From Gammaproteobacteria bacterium (GTDB lineage: Bacteria; Pseudomonadota; Gammaproteobacteria; DSM-16500), in the NCBI GenBank assembly GCA_035536095.1, contig DATLOT010000026.1:8244-72243 (forward strand): 64,000 nt of DNA, in the 5' to 3' direction. A model generated the notes under the pieces. It did not search any database. It saw only the letters and a program-made list of their open reading frames with translations, and was not told the origin of the DNA. The position numbers were made by a program, and so were the translations under genes. This document shows positions 22,944 through 33,645 of the stretch, piece by piece. The stretch's first letter is position 1. Each line of letters starts with the position of its first letter.

Positions 22944-23417
22944 ATGAAAAACACACAAAAAACAAATACACAAATTGCAGTTAACCGCAAAGCACACCAT
23001 GAATACTTCATTGAAGAACGCTTTGAAGCGGGGCTTGTGCTAGAAGGCTGGGAGGTCAAAAGCCTGCGTGCGGGGCGTGTGCAACTCGATCAAGGATACG
23101 TGCTCGTAAAACACGGCGCTGCGTGGCTTTTTGGCGCGCTTATTACGCCCTTACAAACGGCATCGACGCATATTCAACCAGACCCCATGCGAAACCGCAA
23201 GCTTTTATTGCACCAACGCGAGCTGAGCAGATTGATTGGTCAGGTAGAGCGCAAAGGTTATACCTTGGTCCCTATGACACTCTATTGGAAAAGCAATCGT
23301 GTGAAGCTTGAAATTGGCCTCGCCAAGGGTAAAAAGTTACACGATAAGCGTGCGACAGAAAAAGAGAAAGACTGGAGCCGACAGAAAGAAAGGCTCTCGA
23401 AAGGGCGCTTGCTTTAA
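22944..23417 (+). CDS. smpB: SsrA-binding protein
   Basis: '[29 protein letters not shown]', 'GKKLHDKR'. Confidence 0.98.
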   Translation: MKNTQKTNTQIAVNRKAHHEYFIEERFEAGLVLEGWEVKSLRAGRVQLDQGYVLVKHGAAWLFGALITPLQTASTHIQPDPMRNRKLLLHQRELSRLIGQVERKGYTLVPMTLYWKSNRVKLEIGLAKGKKLHDKRATEKEKDWSRQKERLSKGRLL

Positions 23418-23543
23418 GTACTTCATTTTAAAGTCATAAAAATACCTTAAAAAAATAGTAGACTTTTTATTACATTGCGGTAAACTGAGATGTTACTCCG
23501 TTAACAGTGGCATTTCTTAGGAAAGCAGCCATAATTGAATATG

Positions 23544-23960
23544 GGGGGCGACCTGGTTTCGACGTGGGTTGCGAAGCTAAAGGTGCATGTCGAGGATTGT
23601 AGCTGACCTCGTAAAAAATGTTACAAAACAAATAGTTAACAAAAAACGTAAACTCGCTGTTGTTGCTAACGAGCGCTTCATCAAAGAAGCTGAGGTAGCA
23701 AAAGCCGCTTAAAAACCGGCTCGGCGCCATCCACCAATTGTGCTTGTACGATTGGCAGTTTGTGAAAGCAAACGCGGGTGGTCAGAACCTACAAGCTCGC
23801 GAAATGACCCGCCCGAGGTCAAATCGTTAAACCTAGTGGGCTCGCGGCCTAGTACCCTTCTCGTTGGGGACGAAGCGGCTAAATCAAATGACGAGATAAA
23901 CATGTAGACCCAATAGTAGAGGATTTGCGGACGCGGGTTCAATTCCCGCCGCCTCCACCA
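23544..23960 (+). ncRNA. ssrA: tmRNA (about 417 nt)
   Basis: 5' GGGGGCGACCTGGTTTCGAC, 3' GCGGGTTCAATTCCCGCCGCCTCCACCA, tag frame ending ...VAKAA*, downstream of smpB. Confidence 0.95.
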
Positions 23961-24034
23961 AATTTGAGTGCTAGCGCAGTTAGGGATGGTTGTTTGCGCA
24001 AGCACATATCATATGCAAGCATCCTCATGAAACT

Positions 24035-24110
24035 GAACAACGCGCAAAACCGAGCCGCGACCGTGAGGGAGCGTTACTGCGCTATAACTTTCAGCTGAAA
24101 TTTCCTACTT
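24035..24110 (+). repeat. REP-like family 1 copy
   Basis: GAACAACGCGCAAAACCGAGCCGCGACCGTGAGGGAGCGT shared with the ~7467-7505 copy, plus tail CTATAACTTTCAGCTGAAATTT. Confidence 0.85.
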
Positions 24111-24420
24111 AAAATAAAAATTCGGACTCAATATGCTACCCAACCTGCACAGGGATGTTCGGGATCATTTGGCTTGATCAGACCTGCTTTTAGTGAAATG
24201 CTGGCAAACTGTCACCGTTTGAAAATGACCGCTATAGCCCTTCTTTTGATAATGAGTTAATGTATGCATAAATGTTACCATCAAGTTTTCTCATCTTTTT
24301 TTGTGATTTTTCCAATTGCTTCACTGCTTTCACCGCGTCAACAAAATGATTTTGACCTGCCCCGGGATTTTCAAACCAAGCTAGTTTAGAGATAATGCCC
24401 CTCAATTAAGAGGGCATTGT

Positions 24421-24684
24421 ATGAAAAAGAGTCGCTATACAGAAGAACAAATTGTTCGCATTTTACGTGAAACTGATCGAGATTCTATCGCTGAAGTTGC
24501 TAAACGCAATGGTGTTTCAGAAGCATCTATCTATGGCTGGCAAAAACGTTTTGGTGAAATGGAAACCAATGATGTGAAACGCCTCAAAGAGCTCGAGACA
24601 GAAAATGGGCGTCTCAAGAAGCTTCTTGCAGAGCGTGATCTTGCAATCGAGGTAATGAAGGAAATCAACGCAAAAAAATGGTAA
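24421..24684 (+). CDS. IS3 transposase OrfA
   Basis: 'MKKSRYTEEQIVRILRE', HTH, 'LKELETENGRLKKLLAE'. Confidence 0.92.
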   Translation: MKKSRYTEEQIVRILRETDRDSIAEVAKRNGVSEASIYGWQKRFGEMETNDVKRLKELETENGRLKKLLAERDLAIEVMKEINAKKW

Positions 24685-25528
24685 GCGTGCAAGCGCGTAT
24701 GGAACAGGCCTCATATGCAATGCAGCGAGGCCTGAGCCAGCGGATGACTTGTGCGCTGCTTAAAATAAGTCGTTCAAATTTATATTATTCACGTAAGATG
24801 CCATTAAAGGATGCGCCTGTGATTGAAGCAATGAAAGTATTATCTGGAACGTATCCACGATTCGGCTCACGCCGCATACGTATATTCTTGCAACGTGATG
24901 GCATCAACCTTGGTAAGGAGCGTTGCGGACGTTTATGGGCAAAGCAGGACTACAAGTGCCAAGAAAACGTTGTAGAAAACGTGCTGGAACAATAATAAGA
25001 CCATTAGCGCCAACTGCGCGCAATTCAGTGTGGAGTTATGATTTTGTGTATGATAGTTGCGCAAATGGCCAAAAGTTAAAATGTTTAACTGTTGTTGATG
25101 AATACACACGTGAATGCCTAGCGATTGATGTAAATGGCGCTATTCGTTCTTCACGTGTTATAGATGTGCTGAGTAAACTAATGAGGAGTCACGGTACGCC
25201 ACGTTATCTTCATTCCGATAATGGACCTGAATTTGTGAGTAAAGCGCTACTTGAATGGGCAACAAAAGAGTCGTTACAATTAGCATTAATTGAGCCTGGC
25301 AAACCATGGCAAAATGGTACAAATGAAAGTTTCAACGGTAAATTCCGTGATGAATGTTTGTCAATGGAATGGTTCCGTAATCGAATGGAAGCAAAAGTTG
25401 TGATTGAGGATTGGCGCGAACATTATAACGATGTCAGGCCGCATTCCAGCTTGAACTACCAAACTCCTAATGAATTTAAAGTATCATTGGGAAATTATTT
25501 AACAACTGGGGCTGATTTCTCTAATTGA
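24678..25528 (+). pseudogene. IS3 transposase OrfB with an extra frameshift near 24940
   Basis: 'YPRFGSRRI' in one frame; 'AGLQVP...WSYDF...VVDEYTRECL...SDNGPEF...NESFNGKFRDE' DDE core in another. Confidence 0.85.
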
Positions 25529-25698
25529 TTTTGGTACTAAAAAACCGGGCAGGTCAATGGTAGGTGATGGCCGGTTTCCTAGACAGGTTCGCCTAAGCGG
25601 TAGCCGGAGCGTAGCTTGGGTTGAGGCGGGGTAGAGGATTGGATGACAGCGCGGATTGAGGCAAGTCGGAGTACAAAGTAAAACCGCTGGGTCTGCTA

Positions 25699-28600
25699 CT
25701 ACTCTGCAGGCCCATCTTCATGAGTAGTAAAATCAGACAACCAGCAGAATGTGTTAACCAGCTTCATTTGCTCAATTGTTTTGCAGGGAATTTCTAAAAG
25801 GTTTTTATTAACAACCACTACAGCCAAACATTTTGCACGCGATAGCGCAACATTGAGTCTGTTTTTACTATAAAGAAACTCAATATTACGCGGTAAATCT
25901 TCTTCACTAGAAGTTACCATTGATACCAAAACAATGGGCGCTTCTTGTCCCTGGAATTTATCCACGGTGCCGACCCTAGCCCCTGGTGGCAATATAGATT
26001 TCAAATAATTAACCTGAACATTGTAGGGAGTAACGACAAGAATATCATCTTGATTTAGGTCTCGTGTGCCATTTTGATATCTCAGTTTCTGGAGAATTAC
26101 CTGATTATAAAGTTTTTTTATAACGACACCTTCTTCCTCACTTTTTTGTGAACAACCGGTATGATTAGCAGCAACGATATGAATACCTTCAGATGTGATC
26201 CCCTCAATTGGCTTATCAAAAACTAAACATCGTTGTTCATTCCCTGAATCAGCATTTAATCGTCCATCATAAAAAGCAGCTGAGATAAATTTACAAATAC
26301 TTGGGTGTAATCGTCGTGTGTTATTAAGAAAGATTCCTCTTTCTGGTGGGATTGTCGCGTGATCTTCTAGTAGAAATTCCAATATAGATTTACCTGCATT
26401 ACCAGGATGAACGCCTTTAATAGGTTGACCCAGCTGCATCTGATCTCCAACAAGAATAATATTTTTCGCAGCAGTACCCATAACAACAACGTTCGCAATT
26501 GAAACCTGACCTGCCTCATCAACAAAAAGATAATCCAGATGGCTATCAAAACGGTTATCTGAAAACAACCAAGCCGTGCCAGCCAATAGCGCAACGTTTA
26601 GACAATCATCTTTATTTGTTGTTTCACTGCGAATACAGCGCTTAGTATAATGAGTATCTTCGTCATCTTTGCTACCCCACTTAATGCCTGTAAAACTAAA
26701 ATTCTCTTCTAAAGCCACTTCTTCTATCTTGTCCAGTAAATTATGGATTGCTTTATGGGAATTAGCTGTAACCCCAACCTTCTTACCCTGACGAATTAAT
26801 TCTACGATAACATGAGCGCTGGTATGCGTTTTACCGGCACCAGGCGGCCCTTGTATAAAGAGATAGCTTTCATTTAGATTAGCAATCGCTGCAAGAGTAT
26901 TTATTTGAAGTTCGCCGGTACCGACAATTGATTCCCCAGAATTTTTTCCCTTAATTCTTGGAATAGCTTTATTGAGTATATCCAACACCGCCATATATTT
27001 ATGCTGATTTTGAAGAATGCTATCCGCCACTCTATAAATAGCCTCGCGCAATGATTTAGCATCAATCGGATTAGAAGGCCCAATGGACAATCGTTCCGGC
27101 AAACTATCTTTGACACCTCGTTTCAATTTGACTGTGCATTCATCATTATTAAGCTCTACGATAGTACCAGCGGCTTTCATAGTGGCAACATTAACAACGC
27201 TATCATAACAATTAAATTTATATTCTTGCGGTAGAAAATGATAAGTATAAATCAATGATCGCTTCTCAGGCATCGGTTTACCCATTAAGGTCAAACCTCC
27301 TAAACATTCCGGATCATCGATAAGCTCATATTCAAACTTATCTCGTCTTTCAAAGCTGGCCCACCATTGCGGTTTGTTTTCTCGGCGGTGAAATTCCAAC
27401 AAAGAAAATAATAATTCCCTTAATGGCTTTTCGTCCTCACTCACACCGTCAAGCAGCCGATGGCGATAGGATTCATATTCAACTTCCCAATCTTTTCTCT
27501 CTAGAACTGTTTCATTTTCTGTGTTGTTATTTTTTCCAGTAAACCATGGCATATCGCTGGATCGTAAACTTAACAACCAGTCCCGTAGTTTGAGTGTGGA
27601 AACACAATCAATTTCGTTATATGCAGCTATTTCATCTAACAGTTTTTGATCTTTCGTTTCGCACCAAAGGTTATAAACCACAATACTATCGGTAGCTGTT
27701 GCAACTGAGCCTTCTCGCTTTTCCATATAGAACGTTTCAAGATTTTTAATTGAATATCCAGGTTCCGATGTTCTAATACTTTCACGAACCACTTTGTATA
27801 AATCAACAAATTTATCTTGGCGCAGCAAATTATCTATTTGTTCTTCTGCTATTCCATATCTACAGGCAAGCCTTTTTAGAGCAGATGTTTCGTAATGATT
27901 ATAATGATAAATATGTGCGTTGGGATACACTTGTATGTGATCGCCAATAAATGTCATAAATTCTTTGAAAGTTTCCCGTTCCTGCTCATGATTATGCGCC
28001 CAGAAAGTTTTAAAAATATAACTTCCTTGAGTGACGAAATAGATACCAAATAAATACTCAAGACCATTGGGATAAAGTGGATCACCTTCCATATCAAAAA
28101 AGATATCGCCCGTATCCGGTTTTGGCATGCGCTCAAATCCACACCCTGGCAAAGACGTTAATATTTCATACTTATTCTCACCAGTTCGTAACTTATGTAT
28201 CTGTAAATTGGCTTGAGCTTGCAATCTTTTGAAAACATCTGGATTTAACTCAGATACAATTGTATCAGCAGCTAACGAAGCCAAATCAGAAACTGTTTTT
28301 ATCTGTGCTTTTTCTAATTTATCGATTTGTGATCGTTGAATGTTAGCTACAAGACTAAGATGATTATCAGACTCCCATTGCTCAATACAATGATCTCGCC
28401 AATGACATATCGAACAATGTTTACAAGGTTCTGGATAAGAATGAACAGGTGGCGATGCCATGTATGACTCAAACTGATGCTTTGCTTGCAAGTAGTAAAA
28501 TGAAAAATCATCAAACTTAAAAGATACCTGCTTTCCATCACCCAACACTAAGTGCATCAATTCCGGCTTAACACCTTGAGCATCTTCAAGCAAACTAGTA

Positions 28601-29067
28601 TATGCACATAATTGCATAATATGCTTGGGCTTAGGATTTCTTGCAAGCTTAGTATCGACCACTTCATAACTGAAAGAGCCAAATCTGGAAGGTTTGTCAA
28701 TTTTTATTAAGAAATCTGCATCTCCACGCCAAGGATGTTTATAAAACACACCTTGATAGACAACAGCGGCACCTGATTGCAATGCTTCTTTAGTAAGTTT
28801 CACCCTCTCACCAAGATCCAGGTCTTTAGGAATTTGAAAAATCGTTTTACCTTGCTTTCCTAAAGACTCAAGGTAATCAGATTCATGTTGATGGCCTTTT
28901 TCCTTCAATAGCTTACTGACAGAAGAATCCTCTGATTTGAGAATTTTATCTGCAAGATTGTGGAAATCAAGAAAAGTGAGATGATGACATTCTAGGAAAT
29001 TCACCAAATCTGATGCCGAAAATAAATACTGACCATCATTATTTTTTTGCACGATAAATACCCTCAT
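25699..29067 (-). CDS. TM0106-family RecB-like nuclease / RNase H-like / SF1 helicase fusion
   Basis: 'GDADFL..YEVVDTKLA..QLCAY', Cys cluster 'CKHCSICHWRDHC', 'FFDMEGDP..YNEIDC', 'QGPPGAGKT', 'DEAGQ', 'GTVDKFQGQE', 'RLNVALSRAK'. Confidence 0.88.
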   Translation of the reverse strand: MRVFIVQKNNDGQYLFSASDLVNFLECHHLTFLDFHNLADKILKSEDSSVSKLLKEKGHQHESDYLESLGKQGKTIFQIPKDLDLGERVKLTKEALQSGAAVVYQGVFYKHPWRGDADFLIKIDKPSRFGSFSYEVVDTKLARNPKPKHIMQLCAYTSLLEDAQGVKPELMHLVLGDGKQVSFKFDDFSFYYLQAKHQFESYMASPPVHSYPEPCKHCSICHWRDHCIEQWESDNHLSLVANIQRSQIDKLEKAQIKTVSDLASLAADTIVSELNPDVFKRLQAQANLQIHKLRTGENKYEILTSLPGCGFERMPKPDTGDIFFDMEGDPLYPNGLEYLFGIYFVTQGSYIFKTFWAHNHEQERETFKEFMTFIGDHIQVYPNAHIYHYNHYETSALKRLACRYGIAEEQIDNLLRQDKFVDLYKVVRESIRTSEPGYSIKNLETFYMEKREGSVATATDSIVVYNLWCETKDQKLLDEIAAYNEIDCVSTLKLRDWLLSLRSSDMPWFTGKNNNTENETVLERKDWEVEYESYRHRLLDGVSEDEKPLRELLFSLLEFHRRENKPQWWASFERRDKFEYELIDDPECLGGLTLMGKPMPEKRSLIYTYHFLPQEYKFNCYDSVVNVATMKAAGTIVELNNDECTVKLKRGVKDSLPERLSIGPSNPIDAKSLREAIYRVADSILQNQHKYMAVLDILNKAIPRIKGKNSGESIVGTGELQINTLAAIANLNESYLFIQGPPGAGKTHTSAHVIVELIRQGKKVGVTANSHKAIHNLLDKIEEVALEENFSFTGIKWGSKDDEDTHYTKRCIRSETTNKDDCLNVALLAGTAWLFSDNRFDSHLDYLFVDEAGQVSIANVVVMGTAAKNIILVGDQMQLGQPIKGVHPGNAGKSILEFLLEDHATIPPERGIFLNNTRRLHPSICKFISAAFYDGRLNADSGNEQRCLVFDKPIEGITSEGIHIVAANHTGCSQKSEEEGVVIKKLYNQVILQKLRYQNGTRDLNQDDILVVTPYNVQVNYLKSILPPGARVGTVDKFQGQEAPIVLVSMVTSSEEDLPRNIEFLYSKNRLNVALSRAKCLAVVVVNKNLLEIPCKTIEQMKLVNTFCWLSDFTTHEDGPAE

Positions 29068-29117
29068 TCATCAGTGGCATCCTTTCTGTAAAAATTACAA
29101 AAATAAATTAATAATTT

Positions 29118-32100
29118 TTACTCGCTAATAATTTTCTTTATTAGCGCATCTAATTTAGTAACCTCGCTTTTCCAATCTTTAGACCAATCTTGAGACCACA
29201 CCCTAGCGATTTTCCACCCACGCGACTCCAAAAGCTCCTGCCTAATTTTGTCTCTATCACGAGCATAAGGAGTAGAGTGAAACAAAGCTCCGTCACATTC
29301 TATACCTAAAATAAAATTTGAAGGTATGACAGGATGATGAACTCCGAGATCAATGTAAAAACCACTGGAACCAATTTCAGGAGAAATTTTGTAGCCCAAA
29401 TCTTCTAATCGACGATGAACATCTTTGCTGAAATTACTCGACTTACGAGTGGTGATTGCGCCGCCGACTCCAAATGATTCAAGAATTGCTTTTGCATCAA
29501 GATAATTTTTTTCACTAATAGCATTAGCATATTTTAAATATCGTCCAAACAAGACTAAATCAGGATTCTTTCCAAAGTCCTTTTCTTCTGTAGGTATTTG
29601 ATTAGGGTCAAAGGAGCAGAAAACTTCGATTTTTTGTTTTGCCCTTGTTATTGCAACATTAAGTCGACGACCGCCACCTTGCTTAGAAAGAGGGCCAAAA
29701 TTCATATATACTTTTTTACCTGGTGAGGATGGCGCATACCCTACCGAAATCAAAATAATATCCCTTTCATCACCCTGAACATTTTCTAAATTTTTAATAA
29801 AAAAACTAGCGTCTGCTTCACCATCAAAATAATTTCTTGCGCGCTCAATATCATTCTTAAAATTTATATCTGAAAGCTGCTTTCTTTCAATTGCATCTTC
29901 AATTGCCAGCATTTGTGACTGCCCCATCGCAATTATACCAAATGATTTATTAGGAATCATTTTCAATAACTCAGCGAGTCTATTCACAACAACTCCAGCT
30001 TCTACTACATTTCCATTTTTTTGGCTAAAATACGCATCTTTAATTTTATGAAACTTAATTACATCACCCTCAGTAATAAAATAAGGATTAGGAACAGCGA
30101 TCAATCGACCGCCATAAAAAGCCCTATTTGAGAAGGCAATAAGAGATTCAGATCGGCTTCTATAATGCCACTCTAATATCTCAGAAGGGTAGATTTGTGA
30201 CGCCAAATCTAAAATACTTGCTGTTAACTCTGCCTCATTATCATCATCGTCATCATCAATAAATTCACTAGCAGAGAAAAAATTTGTAGGCGGCATTTGT
30301 TTAGGATCACCAACAACAACCATAGAACTTGCTCTATAAATAGAGGGAACAGCATCTTCGACCCTCACTTGAGATGCCTCATCAAATATGATTATATCGA
30401 AAAGTCCCATTTGAATCGGCAAAACCTGGCTGATACTTAATGGACTCATTAACCAACATGGCTTGAGTTTAAGCATAGTAGAGAGGGCACCCTTCTCCAT
30501 TATCTCACGAGGCGGTAAAACCTTACGCTGCTTATTTGCCTCTCGCTTAAGTAAGCTAAGACCTTCAAATTCACCAATACCTTTCTTCCATCTTTTTGAG
30601 AAAGTATTATTTACGAAATCACGCGCTGAATGCCTATGACTATCCTCAATTCTCTTAAATTGCTCAATTTTTTTATGAAAAACATCTTTATCAAAATTAC
30701 GCAACTCTGGATTTTGAGTAATGCTTTCATCGAGCCACCACTTCATGACAAGAGATAGCACGTATGAACCCCAAGGACTCTCAATAGACACAAGATTATC
30801 AACGAGTATTTGCTTTGAAAAATCAGTTTTTATATTTAAGCGAAGATTTTCCAAGCATAAATCCACCTTATCAAGAAGTTCAAGATCATCTATTGTTTGA
30901 ATAAGAAGATCATAAGGAAAAAAATCATTATTTTTTATTTCTAGTTGCGGAGATCTCTCAAAATAATTGTACAGCTCATTTTTATATTGACCTAATATGT
31001 TAATATTTTTTTCCAGATCAGATTTGAGGTGTGAAATCTCCAAAATTAATTTCTTTATTTCACCACTAGATTCGGCAGTATAATTTATAAATTTAGCTTG
31101 ACTCAATAATCCTAAATTTTTGACTATAGCCCCAGTTTCAGAGACGATTTTTATAATTGGAATTATTGTTTGACACGTATCTATGACCAATTGTGGATTA
31201 GCTTCTTCTAAGGCTACAGGAATCAACTTATTCTGCGTTATTGCTTTAAATGACTTAATCGCTTCACAAACTAATCGATAAGCTTTAAAGGCTTTATTTG
31301 TCCCATCCCATTTAGACTGAAGATATTGACAGCGATAATTACGCATTCTCCAGAAGGTAGGCGAACACCAATCAACAAGCCCATGCTTTAATGAATAATA
31401 TGATTCAAGCTGTCTTACTAGCTCAATGTCAGCATCAAGCTTGATTTGATCAAAATATAACTTTTCGCTTTCAATGATTTTTATAATTTCATCTATTTCT
31501 TTCTGATAAATAGGCAACCCAGCCTGGTCAGAGTAAAACAGATTAGAAAAACTCATCCATTCGGGAGGAATAGTTGACTTAATAATTTCATCTAAAACAC
31601 TTGCTGATGGAATAGAGTCAATGTTATTGATTCCCAAATCAATAATCTTTTTTTCCAACTCATTTACAGTCTTTTCAGACTGTTTTATTTTATCTATCAA
31701 ATCTGTGATTGATTGCGAGAAACTCGTTGTTAAAATAGTATCCTTTTTTCTATAAAGCCAAGGATGCGTCGGAAAGTTGGGAACCTTTTTTACTTTATCT
31801 TGTAACTCGTCGAGTATTGAACAACTCTGCTGCAAATCTGCAAAAGAACACTCAGAAAATTGTTTTGCTAAGGCAATATTAACCTTATCAACTGCAAATT
31901 GAGCGTATATCGATAGTAAATCTGAAATAGATAAACCACTAGGATTGTGCTTTGATTCAAGAACTCGATAATAATTATTTATTTCTGCTTTTAACTTGTC
32001 AAATTCATCAGTAATTAAATCCCATTGCTGATCGGTACTAGTATCATGCACTGAATCCGAAAGCTCTAAAAATGAATTATAAAGATTTTGCTTATTTAAG

Positions 32101-33398
32101 TCGCTGCTATGAATAAGAACGGCTTGAGAAACAAGATTAGCCTGTTGTAACCGAGAATAAACAACATCGAGAGCAGCTCTTTTTTCTGAAACAAATAATA
32201 CTTTCTTCCCTTTTGCCAATGCTTCTGCAATTAAATTTGTAATAGTCTGGCTCTTTCCAGTACCTGGTGGCCCTTGAATCACCACAACTTGACTTTTTGT
32301 TGTTTGATCTATTGCTCTGTGCTGAGAGGAATCGATATTTACTACAAAATGATTTTCTTTTTCTTTGTATCCATCAAGCATTTTTATTCGTTCATGATCA
32401 TCGCCTCTATCATTTGGTATTGGCTTTCCCAGAAACAGTTCCGATAAAATCGGATGCATTTCTGTTTCTTCAAGAATAGAATCATAATCGCGTAAAAGAA
32501 CAGTACGACTAGCATTTAAATGGTCAATAAGGACGATATCAATTAAATAAAATTGATTGTTTGTTACCTTGTTATAAAGCTCGTACTCTTTTTTTGAAAG
32601 CACTTCTTCGATATTAACCGGAATCCTATCAATTATTTCTCCTTGCTCATCTTTGACAATTTTAAATCGTGGAGGAATTTTAGGAAGCGCATCAGAAAAA
32701 GAATTTTCGATACTAAGTGTTTTCCCTGCATCCTCAAGATAACGTTTAAGCTCTTCAAGTGCATCCGACACCTGATCTGATTCAAACCGCTCAGGAAGTT
32801 GAATTCCCCACTTTTGACGAAGTGCAAGCCTAAGAGAAGAGTTAAGCTGGAGTGAATTATCTTCTAGTTTAAGACTCCAACGCTTTCTCTTATCTTTTGT
32901 GATATCCACCGCAATTTTAAATACAGGTGAAATTAAAAAATCTTCTGGTTTATAGGTAGTCGTATCTCTCCAGCAAAGAAATGGCCCAAGAAGCCAAGCA
33001 CCAGAAATACCATACTCTCGCTGAAATTTATCATCCGCAAGCCGTACTTTATCTAGCCGTTTAATTAAATCTGCATTATTGGTTTCATCCAATAAAAAAT
33101 GTTTGCTAAGATCAAGGACAGATTCATTAAGTAATTCCTGAAACCGTGGCATCATGGTGCGTAAGGGTACAAATTTTTCTAAAATCAGATCGTCAAATTC
33201 TTCATCTACTTTTGGATTTTTAGATAGGTTAATACAATGTCCACGGCTTTCTCGATAGTAAAGTTCTTTATTTCGACGTGACAAGTTGGCGAGGAGATCT
33301 CGATATCGTAATATTTGGCGCCTTATAAAATCTAGGACTGACACAGAGGTTTCCTCTAACCTATTGGATATTCTTGTATTATATATTAGCGGGCGCAA
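29118..33398 (-). CDS. DUF4011-like / SF1 helicase / Vsr-like (MTES_1575-type) endonuclease; Hhe-like anti-phage protein
   Basis: 'LLANLSRRNKELYY', 'QGPPGTGKSQTI', 'VSEKRAALDVV', 'CWLMSPLSISQ', 'DEASQ', 'HYRSR', 'ENVQGDERD', C-terminal 'IDLGV..GIECDG..FHS..ARDRD..RQ..LE.RGW..RVWSQDW'. Confidence 0.82.
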   Translation of the reverse strand: MRPLIYNTRISNRLEETSVSVLDFIRRQILRYRDLLANLSRRNKELYYRESRGHCINLSKNPKVDEEFDDLILEKFVPLRTMMPRFQELLNESVLDLSKHFLLDETNNADLIKRLDKVRLADDKFQREYGISGAWLLGPFLCWRDTTTYKPEDFLISPVFKIAVDITKDKRKRWSLKLEDNSLQLNSSLRLALRQKWGIQLPERFESDQVSDALEELKRYLEDAGKTLSIENSFSDALPKIPPRFKIVKDEQGEIIDRIPVNIEEVLSKKEYELYNKVTNNQFYLIDIVLIDHLNASRTVLLRDYDSILEETEMHPILSELFLGKPIPNDRGDDHERIKMLDGYKEKENHFVVNIDSSQHRAIDQTTKSQVVVIQGPPGTGKSQTITNLIAEALAKGKKVLFVSEKRAALDVVYSRLQQANLVSQAVLIHSSDLNKQNLYNSFLELSDSVHDTSTDQQWDLITDEFDKLKAEINNYYRVLESKHNPSGLSISDLLSIYAQFAVDKVNIALAKQFSECSFADLQQSCSILDELQDKVKKVPNFPTHPWLYRKKDTILTTSFSQSITDLIDKIKQSEKTVNELEKKIIDLGINNIDSIPSASVLDEIIKSTIPPEWMSFSNLFYSDQAGLPIYQKEIDEIIKIIESEKLYFDQIKLDADIELVRQLESYYSLKHGLVDWCSPTFWRMRNYRCQYLQSKWDGTNKAFKAYRLVCEAIKSFKAITQNKLIPVALEEANPQLVIDTCQTIIPIIKIVSETGAIVKNLGLLSQAKFINYTAESSGEIKKLILEISHLKSDLEKNINILGQYKNELYNYFERSPQLEIKNNDFFPYDLLIQTIDDLELLDKVDLCLENLRLNIKTDFSKQILVDNLVSIESPWGSYVLSLVMKWWLDESITQNPELRNFDKDVFHKKIEQFKRIEDSHRHSARDFVNNTFSKRWKKGIGEFEGLSLLKREANKQRKVLPPREIMEKGALSTMLKLKPCWLMSPLSISQVLPIQMGLFDIIIFDEASQVRVEDAVPSIYRASSMVVVGDPKQMPPTNFFSASEFIDDDDDDNEAELTASILDLASQIYPSEILEWHYRSRSESLIAFSNRAFYGGRLIAVPNPYFITEGDVIKFHKIKDAYFSQKNGNVVEAGVVVNRLAELLKMIPNKSFGIIAMGQSQMLAIEDAIERKQLSDINFKNDIERARNYFDGEADASFFIKNLENVQGDERDIILISVGYAPSSPGKKVYMNFGPLSKQGGGRRLNVAITRAKQKIEVFCSFDPNQIPTEEKDFGKNPDLVLFGRYLKYANAISEKNYLDAKAILESFGVGGAITTRKSSNFSKDVHRRLEDLGYKISPEIGSSGFYIDLGVHHPVIPSNFILGIECDGALFHSTPYARDRDKIRQELLESRGWKIARVWSQDWSKDWKSEVTKLDALIKKIISE

Positions 33399-33645
33399 TC
33401 ATTCCTCTTGAAAAACACTACTGATATTTGCATGCCTATAGTCGGCACTAGAACCCCCCGCATGGTAAATTATAAAAACCTAAATTATTCAAAGACTTAA
33501 AATATGCCATCAGAATGAGCATCGACAACTATCGCTTATTTGTACAATTTTTCAACTGAATTTTAATTTCATGACTAACGCTATTTCCCGACTTCATATA
33601 GGAAATGCTGTATGACGGCCAAGAGAAATTGAGTAACTTATGACC

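Larger units (their letters stand above)
24353..25556 (+). mobile_element. IS3 family element (IS407-group-like), about 1204 bp
   Basis: TG...CA ends with imperfect IRs TGACCTGCCCCGG / CCGGGCAGGTCA; orfA/orfB overlap at A7-TGG; no target-site duplication seen. Confidence 0.92.

Noticed and set aside
23960-23980. CIRCE (GAGTGCTA half-site)
   Set aside because: No matching TTAGCACTC half-site; the heat-shock genes show sigma32-like promoters instead
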